DNA from: Candidatus Lloydbacteria bacterium RIFCSPHIGHO2_02_FULL_50_18
GTDB taxonomy: Bacteria; Patescibacteriota; Minisyncoccia; Phycocordibacterales; UBA6899
Length of the DNA stretch: 64,000 nt
Direction: 5' to 3'
Assembly: GCA_001821395.1 (NCBI GenBank)
Contig: MHLM01000001.1
Coordinates: 96,001 to 160,000, forward strand
The notes under the pieces were generated by a model. The model saw nothing but the letters and a program-made list of their open reading frames with translations. It did no database searches and was not told where the DNA came from. Below, in pieces: positions 21,101 to 30,250 of this stretch (the stretch's first letter is position 1; each line of letters begins with the position of its first letter). A program made the translations under genes and the position numbers.

Positions 21101-21290
21101 CAATGGATGCATCATAAAAATTATCAACAGACACCATGTCCGCCTTGTACGTAAAATCGCTCGGTATCATCAATAGATACGGGGCGACAAGAAAATACCA
21201 TAACGGGACAAATAGCAAGACTGCAAAAGAAAATATGTTCCTGCGCACATATTGAATAAAGGCTGTGATCGTATGTTTTATCTTATCCAT
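18183..21290 (-). CDS. CHASE-PAS sensor histidine kinase (canonical)
   Basis: 1035 aa. It has a large extracytoplasmic N-region, a CHASE-like domain (GIQGLGFAQ..., PILYVEP), PAS, an intact H-box SLASHQLKTPVGAI, an N-box and G-boxes DGTGLGLYVV. Confidence 0.8.
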   Translation of the reverse strand: MDKIKHTITAFIQYVRRNIFSFAVLLFVPLWYFLVAPYLLMIPSDFTYKADMVSVDNFYDASIGEFGAEQYSKTDFSYEVVSYAGFIFTIKNIFHVASLDGKTIFRAEPLYGINALNGQHVRGAGDRDRDGYLFAPRWLKGGSSFTYWHASNNTPSQMKYVGEETLYGLKVFKYQKSNIEPTDQTELMGFLPGVPETRGVKLSSDLFMWIEPISGHVVKMEDFSIDYFYFDIKTGERSLPYNQFLNTYTDESVRAHVQMAEQERNKIIFFQFGVPFLLLLLVLFMLMYIRQVTMVKNFWRENWIALIIFIVSIAITFVVYYLFEANAEKEKQSHFATEVAEISANIQKQMEIYVNTLRGTGGLFAASQTVSRDEWRAYLTAIKVFKNYPGIQGLGFAQIVSSDEKDAFIASMRKEGLPDFVITPEGERSAYTPILYVEPPTEMDRRSIGFDMSTEKTRRSAMASASASGEASISGRVMLMQQEGAGMKAGFVAYAPVHWGDVASGSVSRQPESVFGYVFSVIDAAELVRGSQAFKSADITFRIYDGLRMLPERLMFDASEGVEGWASDLTFRTTVTMYVADHPWTIEFTNAPLLPNGRTYAVLRYLIVVVGLLMSFALFGVIYVTARSKKQAIAYAENANSDLVTNIAELENTKKAVLNILDDVESEKENLAKVSRRLALATESAQIGVWEWDITKDKISWNDQMYALYAMSKEESERTFEAWQKRLHPDDKKLRDDAIQAALRGEKEFNMQFRIIWPSGETHYIQDHALVERDGDGKAIKMVGVNWDITKESIVDREKTEFVSLASHQLKTPVGAIQWNLEMLLDGDYGEMPDNQKEILRETYSLNTRINELIHALLNVSRIEMGVFIVEPTPTDFVAVCNEVLKEMEGRIAQKGHQMITHFDAQLPIIPADAKLLRVVFQNFISNAVKYTQDNGRITVVLHADGGNVIFSVSNNGEPIPEGEQSQIFQKMFRASNAQKQDVDGTGLGLYVVKQIVENAGGKIWFTSKVGEDTVFACLFPLSGMIAKRGTKKLD

Positions 21291-21473
21291 ATATGATGCT
21301 CCGGTATTTATACAGAAAATTCATCATTACCCAGAATATTTTTCTATGACTCCATAAAGTATAGCAAATAAAATGTTTGAACCATATGGACGCGTTTATA
21401 CATGAGACAAAGTCCTTAGATCGGCGTTCGCGCAAAAAAACTCGGTGGAAAAAGTTTGTACCGATAATTCCCT

Positions 21474-21872
21474 CTACCGTTCTTGCCATAAAGAAACGAC
21501 AAGCGGGTTAAGGGAGCCGGTAGTAATGTGAACATTACGGACGATATCACTCACGGAACCAACAACGGCGATCGCACGTGATGTTCCACCGGTATTGCTC
21601 ACCGTATATGTACAAGTGCTCTCGTTAAGCATTACGTTCCCCGTGCCGGTGTATGAATTATTTTCACGTAGTGTTTCTAGCGCAACCTCCGCACAAGCAT
21701 TCACAAGAGCCTTGGCGTGAACTCCATTTCTTGTGTTAATACTCCCCCTGATCGACCACATACTGCTTGTTGCGAGTGCAAGAGTGAGGGAAAGCGCAGT
21801 ACCGCCGAGAACGATGACGATGAAAAGCGTCGAGAATCCTTTTTGAACTTTTTTGTGGAAAAGATATTTCAT
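21474..21872 (-). CDS. Prepilin-like (pseudopilin) protein
   Basis: N-terminus MKYLFHKKVQKG-FSTLFIVIVLGGTAL is a class III signal-like region. It lacks Glu5. Confidence 0.5.
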   Translation of the reverse strand: MKYLFHKKVQKGFSTLFIVIVLGGTALSLTLALATSSMWSIRGSINTRNGVHAKALVNACAEVALETLRENNSYTGTGNVMLNESTCTYTVSNTGGTSRAIAVVGSVSDIVRNVHITTGSLNPLVVSLWQER

Positions 21873-21873
21873 A

Positions 21874-22386
21874 TCATTTACGTAATGCTCCGCTACCGTC
21901 AAAACGCACCACGTACGGAATGCCGGCACCGGCATTTGTCGTTGCACTCGTCAGTACAAAGCTGACTTGGACGATGTTAGGCGTACCCGGTTGAGAAAAG
22001 TTCGAGAAGATAAGATCGCTTATGATAACTTTGTTATTAGTGAGCTCAATCGGAGCACCGACACCTTCAGTGACATAGAGCACCCCGCCGCTTGCAGAGA
22101 ACGTCGTAGGACTCGTAGCGGGCGTTTCAGTGATCACACTCAGAAGTCCACCGAGCGCACCGACGGCGGGACTATTGACCTGACTGGCATTACGGAGCGT
22201 TTGCGTTATTGTTTTTATTGCACGCGAGCCCTGAGCGTTCACCTCAAACACGCTTTGACTGTGCAAACGCGCGGAGATGAGGCCAGCGGAAAAACTCATC
22301 AGCCCGATCACGAACACGCCGAATATCGCCACGTAGACGATCATTTCTATAAGTGAGAAGCCTTTTTGCATATCATATATTTTCAT
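21874..22386 (-). CDS. Type IV pilin-like protein (prepilin N-terminal cleavage/methylation domain)
   Basis: MKIYDMQKG|FSLIEMIVYVAIFGV is the canonical G-F-x-x-x-E prepilin motif. Confidence 0.75.
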   Translation of the reverse strand: MKIYDMQKGFSLIEMIVYVAIFGVFVIGLMSFSAGLISARLHSQSVFEVNAQGSRAIKTITQTLRNASQVNSPAVGALGGLLSVITETPATSPTTFSASGGVLYVTEGVGAPIELTNNKVIISDLIFSNFSQPGTPNIVQVSFVLTSATTNAGAGIPYVVRFDGSGALRK

Positions 22387-22387
22387 A

Positions 22388-24091
22388 TCATAAGGGCGTC
22401 AGACCGACACTAAAGACATGTTTCACCGTGGAGCCAGACGTCCCAATGCTATCGATAACCCCCGTTACTCCCGGTGCAACAATGAACCTGCGATAACTGG
22501 CCCTCGAGAAATCTGATGTGTTTGCACCGCGATCGTAATCTTCGGTCCACCCGCCCCCCTGCGTGAGCGGATTGGCAAACGTGCGCACGGTGGTAGTGTA
22601 CATGCTTGCAAAGACGAGCACTGTTGTGTTGGCGGTTGGAATCGTCATTGATGCGGCACGATAGGTCGTATTACTGACCACGTATTTCGTATTTGAAAAT
22701 ACAGAAATGGGATTTAAGACATCAAAGCAACCACGATATGCGGATAGCGTTACTGCGATCTTTGAGGCGGCGCTAAATCCAAATGTATAATTTGCCCCCT
22801 CAGCCGCTCCTGCGATCTTGTAATAGAGTGCCTGATTGTAGTTACCATTCCTGTGACGGCCGACAAGATTCCATCCAGCGGGTATCACCGACAATCTATC
22901 GATATTTGCGGCAGGATTATGAAGGATGTGAGCAAAAAGAATATCCCCCGCGGCGACTCCGGTTGGCTTCGTTACAACCGCTGAAGCAGATGACGCAGAA
23001 TCGTACACGGTTGGAATACCGACCGGTGCTGAGGCAACAACGCAAGTAGCTGCACCCGTCGTAAATGTTCCATCAGCTGAATAGCCCGTTCCCGTGGTGT
23101 TTATCGCATAGCCACGATAGTAGTACGTCGTTGCTGCAGTGAATCCCGTACGTGCCTGGGTAAATATGCCAAGCGTCGTTCCTCCTTCCGCGACACAATT
23201 TGTCGTAGGTGCGGGTGTTGTTCCCCAACATATTCCGCGCTCTCCGATCGAGGCCGGAATACCGAGTGACGTGACGTTTGCTCCAAGTGTCGCGGTCGTC
23301 TCGGTAATAAGGGCTGCGGTTGGAGTAGTAACCGTGGGGATCACATATTCTTCATACGTAATAGTGCATAATTTTGTGTCGCCATTGGCAAGCATAATGC
23401 TATTTCCAAGGCAATCAGCAGAAAGTGTCAGAGCGTAATTGGGGTCGATCGTTGTCAAAAAAGTGTACACACCGGGACCGAGCGTCATCGTGAACGGTGA
23501 ATAAACGATCGGAATATTCACGGTATTCTGCACGGGTGGTTCTACGGAATTATCCCACGCCAACGTCTGAAGACTATTGGGAAGGAAGTCGCCGAGGACT
23601 TTTGTACCACCATGATTCACTACCGTCTTGTTCACCGTGAGCCCAATATTGAGCGGTGCACGCCAATTCGTAAGATACGTATCCATGGCAACCGTGTGAA
23701 TTCCTAGAACCTGGTCTTCCCACGAAACGACCGTATGTATCCTCTTTTGATCGCTATTGACGGTCGAGAGCGTGACCGTTCGCGAGAAAATACCCTGCAC
23801 ATCGAATGAACCGGATAGGGCCCAAACATTAGCGAGATTGGCGAGACCATAAGTGCCGTCGGGCAAATTTACGAAATCATACTGCGCATCGCGCAGATTT
23901 CTTATTATCTCAAAAGATGCTTCGGCAAGAAAAGCGGCTCTCTCACTGTTCGCGACATGTCGCGCATTACGTGCAACGGTTGTTGTGGCACCTATTGTAG
24001 CAACAACAAAAACCATAAACACTGATAATGCGATCAGTATCTCGATCAAAGAAGATCCGCGACTATTAATATGTGATGGTACCTTTTGCAT
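22388..24091 (-). CDS. Large type IV pilin-like protein (567 aa)
   Basis: N-terminus RG|SSLIEILIALSVFMVFVV is a prepilin motif with Glu5. The long Thr/Gly/Ala-rich beta-rich C-region suggests a minor or tip pilin or an adhesin. Confidence 0.7.
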   Translation of the reverse strand: MQKVPSHINSRGSSLIEILIALSVFMVFVVATIGATTTVARNARHVANSERAAFLAEASFEIIRNLRDAQYDFVNLPDGTYGLANLANVWALSGSFDVQGIFSRTVTLSTVNSDQKRIHTVVSWEDQVLGIHTVAMDTYLTNWRAPLNIGLTVNKTVVNHGGTKVLGDFLPNSLQTLAWDNSVEPPVQNTVNIPIVYSPFTMTLGPGVYTFLTTIDPNYALTLSADCLGNSIMLANGDTKLCTITYEEYVIPTVTTPTAALITETTATLGANVTSLGIPASIGERGICWGTTPAPTTNCVAEGGTTLGIFTQARTGFTAATTYYYRGYAINTTGTGYSADGTFTTGAATCVVASAPVGIPTVYDSASSASAVVTKPTGVAAGDILFAHILHNPAANIDRLSVIPAGWNLVGRHRNGNYNQALYYKIAGAAEGANYTFGFSAASKIAVTLSAYRGCFDVLNPISVFSNTKYVVSNTTYRAASMTIPTANTTVLVFASMYTTTVRTFANPLTQGGGWTEDYDRGANTSDFSRASYRRFIVAPGVTGVIDSIGTSGSTVKHVFSVGLTPL

Positions 24092-24527
24092 TGATGATAA
24101 TATTCCTTACACCAAAACTATTCGTGAGCGTTACCGAACCTGCCCCACCCGTGTTTCCCGTAACTTTCTCGAAGACGATCTCGGAAAGCCCTCCTGCGAA
24201 TACGCCACTCGGCAGGTCGAGCTTCTGGTCTGCTGAGATATCTCTTAGGGCATAGACCCCACCCTTAAAGACGACCACGGAACTCGTAAGTAATGCTACC
24301 CCCCATGGTGAGTCGGCTTTCCCCGACTCCGCATTCGCCTGTGCGTGACGGAGCGCCCCGACGACTCCCATCGTCGCGATCTCGAGATTTTCATGAGCCT
24401 TGAAACTGCCGTAGACTGTTATGGAGACCGCAGTAAGCAACATTATAATGCCAACGACCACGATCAACTCGACGAGTGTGATCCCACGGTGTGATGATCC
24501 TTTAATTGATCTGACTTGATAGTCCAT
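24066..24527 (-). CDS. Type IV pilin-like protein
   Basis: Start MDYQVRSIKGSSHRG|ITLVELIVVVGIIMLL is a prepilin motif. Confidence 0.7.
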   Translation of the reverse strand: MDYQVRSIKGSSHRGITLVELIVVVGIIMLLTAVSITVYGSFKAHENLEIATMGVVGALRHAQANAESGKADSPWGVALLTSSVVVFKGGVYALRDISADQKLDLPSGVFAGGLSEIVFEKVTGNTGGAGSVTLTNSFGVRNIIINAKGTITY

Positions 24528-25638
24528 ATAGTGGTCCCATGATAGCGAGCACAATAAAGCCGACGATCAGACCCACCACGATCAAAACGATCGGTTCTAA
24601 TATGGTGGCAAGATCACGCGACATTGCGTCTGTTTTTTCTTCAAAAATAATACCGATGCGGATGAATGTTTCCGACAACTTCCCGGACTTTTCGGCGGAG
24701 ATAATAAGCTGCTGTATCGGAATGGGAATGAATCGATCTATGTTCAGTAGACTGCCAAATGCTTCTCTGAACGATTCCCCGCGGAGCACGCTTGATTGCA
24801 GGTGCTCATAAAACCTTGCGTATGAGTCATATGATGTCCCTCTTTTGACCGAATCAAGCGCGTCAGCAACCGGGAATCCGGCTTGCAAAAGCACGCCGAA
24901 GATATACCCGAAACGCGCAACCTCGACCCCCTGCACGAGATCTTTTATCCCTGGTATGTGAAAAAGAATTACATCGCCGATGAATTTGGTTCTTTTATAA
25001 AAAAAACATGTATATACCAGAAGACCGATAGCGATGACGGATATAGGCACCGCAAAAGCACCATACTGCTCAAAGAAAGAGCCCATAGAGACCAATATTC
25101 TCGTCGCAAGAGGAAGCTCTCCCTTTGTTTCTGAAAAAATAGCGACAATCTTCGGTAGCACGAGCCACGCACTTCCCAGTGCGATGATAAGAGCGAGAAA
25201 AAAGACGATGCCCGGATACAACAATGCGGACCGGAGTCGTGAGTGGAACATCTTCTCTTTGTGCTGCTGAACGGTGACAAGATTCAAATGATCTGACAGC
25301 CTTCCCGCCTCCTCACCCGAACGAATGAGCGAGATGATGCGTTCTGAAAAAAGTTTTGTCTCCGAAAACGACCTCCAAAGCGGCATTCCCGAATTCACCA
25401 TCGACTCGATCGCAGCGGTAATCTTCTTCATCTTGCGTGTCTTGACCGAAAGACTGAGTGCTGCAAGGGCTGCGGATATCCCCATACCGGAAGAAATGAG
25501 CAGGCTCAAGTTTTCGATGAAATAGTCACGCTCATCACCGAAACCAACACTGAGGTACGGCCAGTCGGGGCGATATTCGAATGGGACTTCTTTAAAACCC
25601 TCATGTTCACGCGATTTTCGAAATTTTATTTGTTGCAT
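24502..25638 (-). CDS. pilC: Type IV pilus assembly platform protein PilC (GspF family)
   Basis: 378 aa with two GspF repeats and 3 TM helices. Confidence 0.8.
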   Translation of the reverse strand: MQQIKFRKSREHEGFKEVPFEYRPDWPYLSVGFGDERDYFIENLSLLISSGMGISAALAALSLSVKTRKMKKITAAIESMVNSGMPLWRSFSETKLFSERIISLIRSGEEAGRLSDHLNLVTVQQHKEKMFHSRLRSALLYPGIVFFLALIIALGSAWLVLPKIVAIFSETKGELPLATRILVSMGSFFEQYGAFAVPISVIAIGLLVYTCFFYKRTKFIGDVILFHIPGIKDLVQGVEVARFGYIFGVLLQAGFPVADALDSVKRGTSYDSYARFYEHLQSSVLRGESFREAFGSLLNIDRFIPIPIQQLIISAEKSGKLSETFIRIGIIFEEKTDAMSRDLATILEPIVLIVVGLIVGFIVLAIMGPLYGLSSQIN

Positions 25639-25647
25639 GGTCGTTTA

Positions 25648-27294
25648 TTAAGAACCGACAACACGAAGCACTTCTTCGATGGTTGTCATACCAGCTTTTA
25701 CTTTTTCGATGCCATCCTCAAACATGGAGACGAATCCCTGGCTCTTGATGAGCGCCATCACGTCTTTGGTCGACGGGCTCTTTGCAATAAGATTTTGTAG
25801 CTCAGGAGAGGTGCTTAAAAACTCAAATACTCCGATACGCCCCTTATACCCAGTATGCGAACAAACCTCACAGCCGTTTCCCTTATAAAGGGTCGCCCCA
25901 TCCTTAAAATGTCGGGCAACCTCCGAGCCAAACGACTCGAGCTCAGCGACCTTGTTTATGCGAAAACTTACCTTACACGAATCACAAATTTTGCGTACGA
26001 GCCTTTGACCAACGATCAACTCGAGCGTCGAGCCGACCAAAAATGGCTCAACGCCCATATCGATGAAACGTGGGATTGCTGTTGCCGCATTATTGGCGTG
26101 AAAGGTCGAAAGCATTAGATGCCCCGTCAACGCTGCGTTGACCGCGATATCAGCCGTTTCAAGATCGCGGATTTCTCCGACAAAGATGGTGTTCGGGTCT
26201 TGACGCATGATCGCGCGAAGTCCGTTTCCGAACGTCAGATTCGTCTGAGTATTGACCTGGATCTGATTTATTCCGTGGATCTTATATTCGACCGGATCTT
26301 CGATCGTCGTGATGTTCGTGCCCCTCGTATTGATGATCTTGATGATCGAGTAGAGCGTTGTTGTCTTACCGCTCCCCGTAGGACCAGTTACTAGGATCAT
26401 GCCGAACGGCTTCTTTGCGCTTTTAATGATCTGTTCCTGTAATGCGAGAGATAATCCAATGTCACTCAGACCGAGATCACGGACGGATGAAGAAAGAATG
26501 CGGATAGCGACCTTTTCCCCGTCGAGCGTAGGAACTATCGACACCCGGAGGTCGACCATCTCTGTGTGACTCGGAGATGCGTAGCGAATGACCCCGTCCT
26601 GTGCACTGAAATGCTCATCGATACGTAACTTGGACTGGACCTTCAAACGATTGACGATATTCTCATAGTATTCTTTCGGCATTTCGCCGACATCATGAAG
26701 TACGCCGTCTATCCTGAAGCGGATGACAACGCGATGCTCTTCGGGTTCACAATGAATATCGGACACCTTGAGCAGTAACGCCTCCTCAAATATCTGATTG
26801 ATGATCTCCGGAGCTGCACGCCCCTTGCTATCGATGATCTTCGCGAAGATCGCCCCTAATCCCAGATGGTAGTTCGCAAAGATAGCATCAATTTCATCAG
26901 GGATTGCGAGAGTGATCGTCAGTTTTTTATCGGGAAATAGCGGCTGCAGATTCGCCAAGAGTTCTTCCTGTGTGGGGTCATCAGTTGCGATGACTACGTC
27001 TGAACCTTTTTGTGAATAAACTACCGTACGATATTTTTTGGCAAGCTCCTCGGGAATAAGAAAAACCTGTTCTTTTCTGGGGCTGTGCGCTTCGAGATCG
27101 GAATAAGAAACCCCGAAAGACTCTGCGAATGCCTGACCGATGATTGCCCTCGAAAGCAAGCCCTGACCGAGCAAATAATCAACGAATGAACCGCGATGTT
27201 CTTTCGCGTATTCTTCCGCGATTGCAATATCTTTTTCTTCGATATAATTCCCGGCAAGAAGAACTTTTTTGATCGCTTCGTCATTAAAATTCAT
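25648..27294 (-). CDS. pilB: Type IV pilus assembly ATPase PilB (GspE family)
   Basis: Walker A GPTGSGKTTTLYS, Asp and His boxes, and a tetracysteine CDSC...CEVC. Confidence 0.85.
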   Translation of the reverse strand: MNFNDEAIKKVLLAGNYIEEKDIAIAEEYAKEHRGSFVDYLLGQGLLSRAIIGQAFAESFGVSYSDLEAHSPRKEQVFLIPEELAKKYRTVVYSQKGSDVVIATDDPTQEELLANLQPLFPDKKLTITLAIPDEIDAIFANYHLGLGAIFAKIIDSKGRAAPEIINQIFEEALLLKVSDIHCEPEEHRVVIRFRIDGVLHDVGEMPKEYYENIVNRLKVQSKLRIDEHFSAQDGVIRYASPSHTEMVDLRVSIVPTLDGEKVAIRILSSSVRDLGLSDIGLSLALQEQIIKSAKKPFGMILVTGPTGSGKTTTLYSIIKIINTRGTNITTIEDPVEYKIHGINQIQVNTQTNLTFGNGLRAIMRQDPNTIFVGEIRDLETADIAVNAALTGHLMLSTFHANNAATAIPRFIDMGVEPFLVGSTLELIVGQRLVRKICDSCKVSFRINKVAELESFGSEVARHFKDGATLYKGNGCEVCSHTGYKGRIGVFEFLSTSPELQNLIAKSPSTKDVMALIKSQGFVSMFEDGIEKVKAGMTTIEEVLRVVGS

Positions 27295-27306
27295 AAAAAT
27301 TACTCG

Positions 27307-27693
27307 TTATTTTTTTTGAAATAATTGTTCGACCCTTCTAATAACCTCGGCGATCGGCGTATCGGATTTGGAAATAAAGTCTGTAGCCCCCAGTGAGCGC
27401 GCCTTCTTCTCGTCTTCTTCCTGACTAAGATTCGACAAAACGAGAATGGGTATCTTGTTGTTTTTTTTCTGTAATCGTTCAAGGACCTCAAAGCCGTTCA
27501 CGATAGGCATGATGAGGTCGCACACGAGAAGATCAAAATGAGAGCGTTCAATCAAGGAGAGCGCCTCTTCTCCGTTCGGCACACTCTCCGCATAAAAACC
27601 CGAATTTTGGAGTTTTAAAACAAGCGCACGTGAATACGCCCTTTCATCCTCAGCAATAAGAATCCTCTTCTTACTTTTCTCACTTGGCGGCAT
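27307..27693 (-). CDS. Response regulator receiver domain protein (CheY-like, stand-alone)
   Basis: KRILIAEDERAYSRALVLKL... with a phospho-Asp in FDLLVCDLIMP and a conserved K in ILVLSNLS. Confidence 0.75.
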   Translation of the reverse strand: MPPSEKSKKRILIAEDERAYSRALVLKLQNSGFYAESVPNGEEALSLIERSHFDLLVCDLIMPIVNGFEVLERLQKKNNKIPILVLSNLSQEEDEKKARSLGATDFISKSDTPIAEVIRRVEQLFQKK

Positions 27694-27859
27694 CAATAAA
27701 GTGTAACACAATTTTTATAGAAGCTTTAATTTATTGCATACGTGAATATGCCAACAAGCGATAGTTTCCGTACGAACGATTTACCAAATTCTCATCTGGT
27801 AGACATCGCAACCATGGCAATGGGGCTTAGCGCTCAGTCAACCGCGCATGACCGATGGT

Positions 27860-29320
27860 TTATGATCCTTTATGCGATGCCTCCTCGAGCTTCTCCTTAA
27901 GATCGGCTATCTCTTTTTTTAATTCGGTCATCTTCAACTCCCGTCCGATCATGAATTTATTCATCTGCTCGGTTTCTTTCATCATTTTTTTCAGATCGTC
28001 CGTTCGCACGGCCACTTTCACTTCAAGACTCTTGTCTTTTTCCTCGAGTGATCGCTTGAATTCTTCCGTCCTGTCTAAGACTTCTTTTTCAAGATATTTA
28101 CTTTTTTCTTCCATCACTTTTTCCAATTCTTTCGTGCGTTCACGCACCTTGTTCTCAAGGGCCGTAAAGGTATCCCCCAAGCTAGTAGTCATAGCATTCA
28201 TCGTTTCAGCGAGTTCGCCGAATTCATCGTCCGTCTTGACCTCTACCCGCTGGGAAAAATCTCCCCTCTTGATCGCCTCCGACAGTGACCGTAATTTTGA
28301 AAGCGGGCTAATAAAAATGATTATTGCACGATACGTCAAAAAGGAGACGAGCAAGATACCTAACAAAAAAATCGCGATGATCTTCATGACAATCGACAGT
28401 ACGGTGTCTTCAACACCTTGCATCCCGATCTCTGAGACCAGGTAGAATGGGAGGTCGTCAAATTTGATCACTGAAATATTCTCGTTTTCGTTATCTTTCG
28501 GATCAAAATAGTTTATTGTGACACTCCCGGTGTAGGTATCTATGATCTTTTGCACCTCGTTATATTGAAGCGGTACCACCTCTTTGCCAAGCAACTTATT
28601 CGTCTCTGCGATTAATGCGGAATTCTCAGGAGAAAGAGCGCCGATGCTTTTTAAAAAACGATCCGGGCGGTTTGAGACCAAAATGATGCCAAAACCATCA
28701 GTAAGCATTACGGAACTTGTGTTTGACAGCTCACTGCGCAAGATCGAATTGTCGATCTCAGTATTACTAGCCTTGACCACCACAATTCCGATCACAGTAC
28801 CACCGTCATCTTTTACTGGATAAGAAAAATAATAACCAAATTGATTACTTACGCTGCCGATCGCGTTATCAATATACGCTTCGCCGCGCATTGCAAATTT
28901 ATAATAATCGCGAAAACTATAATTCTGACCGACGAAACGCACATCTGTTGAAACAACACCTGAGCCGTGAGTATCCAAGAGGTAAATGGCAAGATACTTG
29001 CTGTTTTCCTTTGTGTAACCTGAAAAAACATCTAAAAGTTCTTTCCCTTTCGTCTCGTTCGGATTGAGGAAATACTCTCTCACCAGGGAATTCGTCCCAA
29101 GCATTTTTGAAAAAAGCTGATCGGTCTTAATGATCTGAGCGGTATAGTGGACCTGTTCGATCGCTATCTTGTTGATGTTGCTGATGTTCCCTTCAATGAG
29201 CGCGATATTGACGTAGAAATAGGTGACGAGCGTCGTAAGCGCGCATAAAAAAATAGACAATAAAACAAATAGGATCGTGATCTTTGCTCGTACTGAAGAA
29301 ATTCGGATCTTGGGTAACAT
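27860..29320 (-). CDS. Cache-HAMP signalling protein with C-terminal coiled coil (kinase-less paralog of 13105-14925)
   Basis: The N-terminal 370 aa are about 70% identical to the 13105-14925 protein (the same FLCxLT...YVN(I/F)AL(I/V)EGNI(S/N)NIN and YFSYPVK blocks). HAMP is followed by a 110-aa heptad-rich charged coiled coil with no HATPase. Confidence 0.7.
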   Translation of the reverse strand: MLPKIRISSVRAKITILFVLLSIFLCALTTLVTYFYVNIALIEGNISNINKIAIEQVHYTAQIIKTDQLFSKMLGTNSLVREYFLNPNETKGKELLDVFSGYTKENSKYLAIYLLDTHGSGVVSTDVRFVGQNYSFRDYYKFAMRGEAYIDNAIGSVSNQFGYYFSYPVKDDGGTVIGIVVVKASNTEIDNSILRSELSNTSSVMLTDGFGIILVSNRPDRFLKSIGALSPENSALIAETNKLLGKEVVPLQYNEVQKIIDTYTGSVTINYFDPKDNENENISVIKFDDLPFYLVSEIGMQGVEDTVLSIVMKIIAIFLLGILLVSFLTYRAIIIFISPLSKLRSLSEAIKRGDFSQRVEVKTDDEFGELAETMNAMTTSLGDTFTALENKVRERTKELEKVMEEKSKYLEKEVLDRTEEFKRSLEEKDKSLEVKVAVRTDDLKKMMKETEQMNKFMIGRELKMTELKKEIADLKEKLEEASHKGS

Positions 29321-29432
29321 AGAGGTCTTTCTTATGAAAAAACGTCACACGTGTCGTTGCTATAATGATAGCACCAATGGCCATTGAACAAAAATAACTG
29401 GGGCACGAAGTTCCCCGTATATGATCAGGGCG

Positions 29433-29825
29433 CTACGCACCGTAGGGATTGCTGCCATTCGCCCAACTTGATTCGAGATAGACCGCAGGACTGTCGGGGA
29501 GGAGTTTTCCCGTTTGCATATTTTGGATATGTACAAGCGGAGTTGCTCCGCCATTGCGCGCGATGATGACCCAGCTTAGTTCCGGATGTTGCTCTGCTAC
29601 TTCGCCATACATGAATCCACGAAATGCGTCAGTTCCGGAATCAATCACCATTGCCTCGGGGAAATTGTGAGCGATGTTTCTCGCCACTGCACTTTCAGCC
29701 AAGATCGGCAGATCGCGAAATTCCAGATGGGTTCCTTTTATTTTTTTTTGCAGCCAAACTGCGCGATAAGCGGACGGACCGCCTTCATAGTGTTCATTCT
29801 GGTTGATCTGTTCAAAATTATTCAT
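29433..29825 (-). CDS. Hypothetical protein (130 aa)
   Basis: ORF with no recognisable motif. Confidence 0.4.
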   Translation of the reverse strand: MNNFEQINQNEHYEGGPSAYRAVWLQKKIKGTHLEFRDLPILAESAVARNIAHNFPEAMVIDSGTDAFRGFMYGEVAEQHPELSWVIIARNGGATPLVHIQNMQTGKLLPDSPAVYLESSWANGSNPYGA

Positions 29826-29864
29826 AGTCTCTGTAATTATACAATACGTGAGCCCTTGGATTCA

Positions 29865-29899
29865 ATTATATCTTTATTATATACGTCTCCCCCATGCAG
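29865..29899. repeat. 35-bp direct repeat, copy 1 (copy 2 at 34287-34321)
   Basis: ttatatctttattatatacgtctcc(c/g)ccatgcagc, 34/35 identical. Confidence 0.85.
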
Positions 29900-29937
29900 C
29901 ACACCTCTTAAATATTAGCGCTGAGACTGTTCAAAGT

Positions 29938-29954
29938 GCTGCGGGGCTTGGAGT
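29938..29954 (-). repeat. Partial copy of the tRNA-Gln 3' end (att-like direct repeat)
   Basis: ctgcggggcttggagtc versus ctgcgggacttggagtc at the 3' end of the intact tRNA-Gln (35899-35915): 16/17, same orientation. Confidence 0.7.
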
Positions 29955-30250
29955 CACCCACATGTCCTGACAAAAAGATATTCACTACAATCTTTTTGCT
30001 GAATGAATCGGTCTCGGAAAAATCATACCAACCACAGTGGGGATATACCACCCCTTCTACTCTCGTAACTAGGCGTCTCGGTCACTATTTCATTCATAAC
30101 GCCGGCGGCGCCACTGTCTCTCTCAAATTTTCTGGACAAAATGCTCGCACGACCAACAAGGGGTTTGTCTACTCACCAGAAAAGTACAGAATATAGGTAT
30201 CCCCCTGCCAACTTGGGAGTATGCACAGAAATAAAATCAATACCCGCTGG

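Noticed and set aside
29936-30196. 86-aa plus-strand ORF in the island's left non-coding arm
   Set aside because: It starts inside the att-like repeat and has no SD. Its composition is unlike neighbouring genes, so it is more likely non-coding island sequence.
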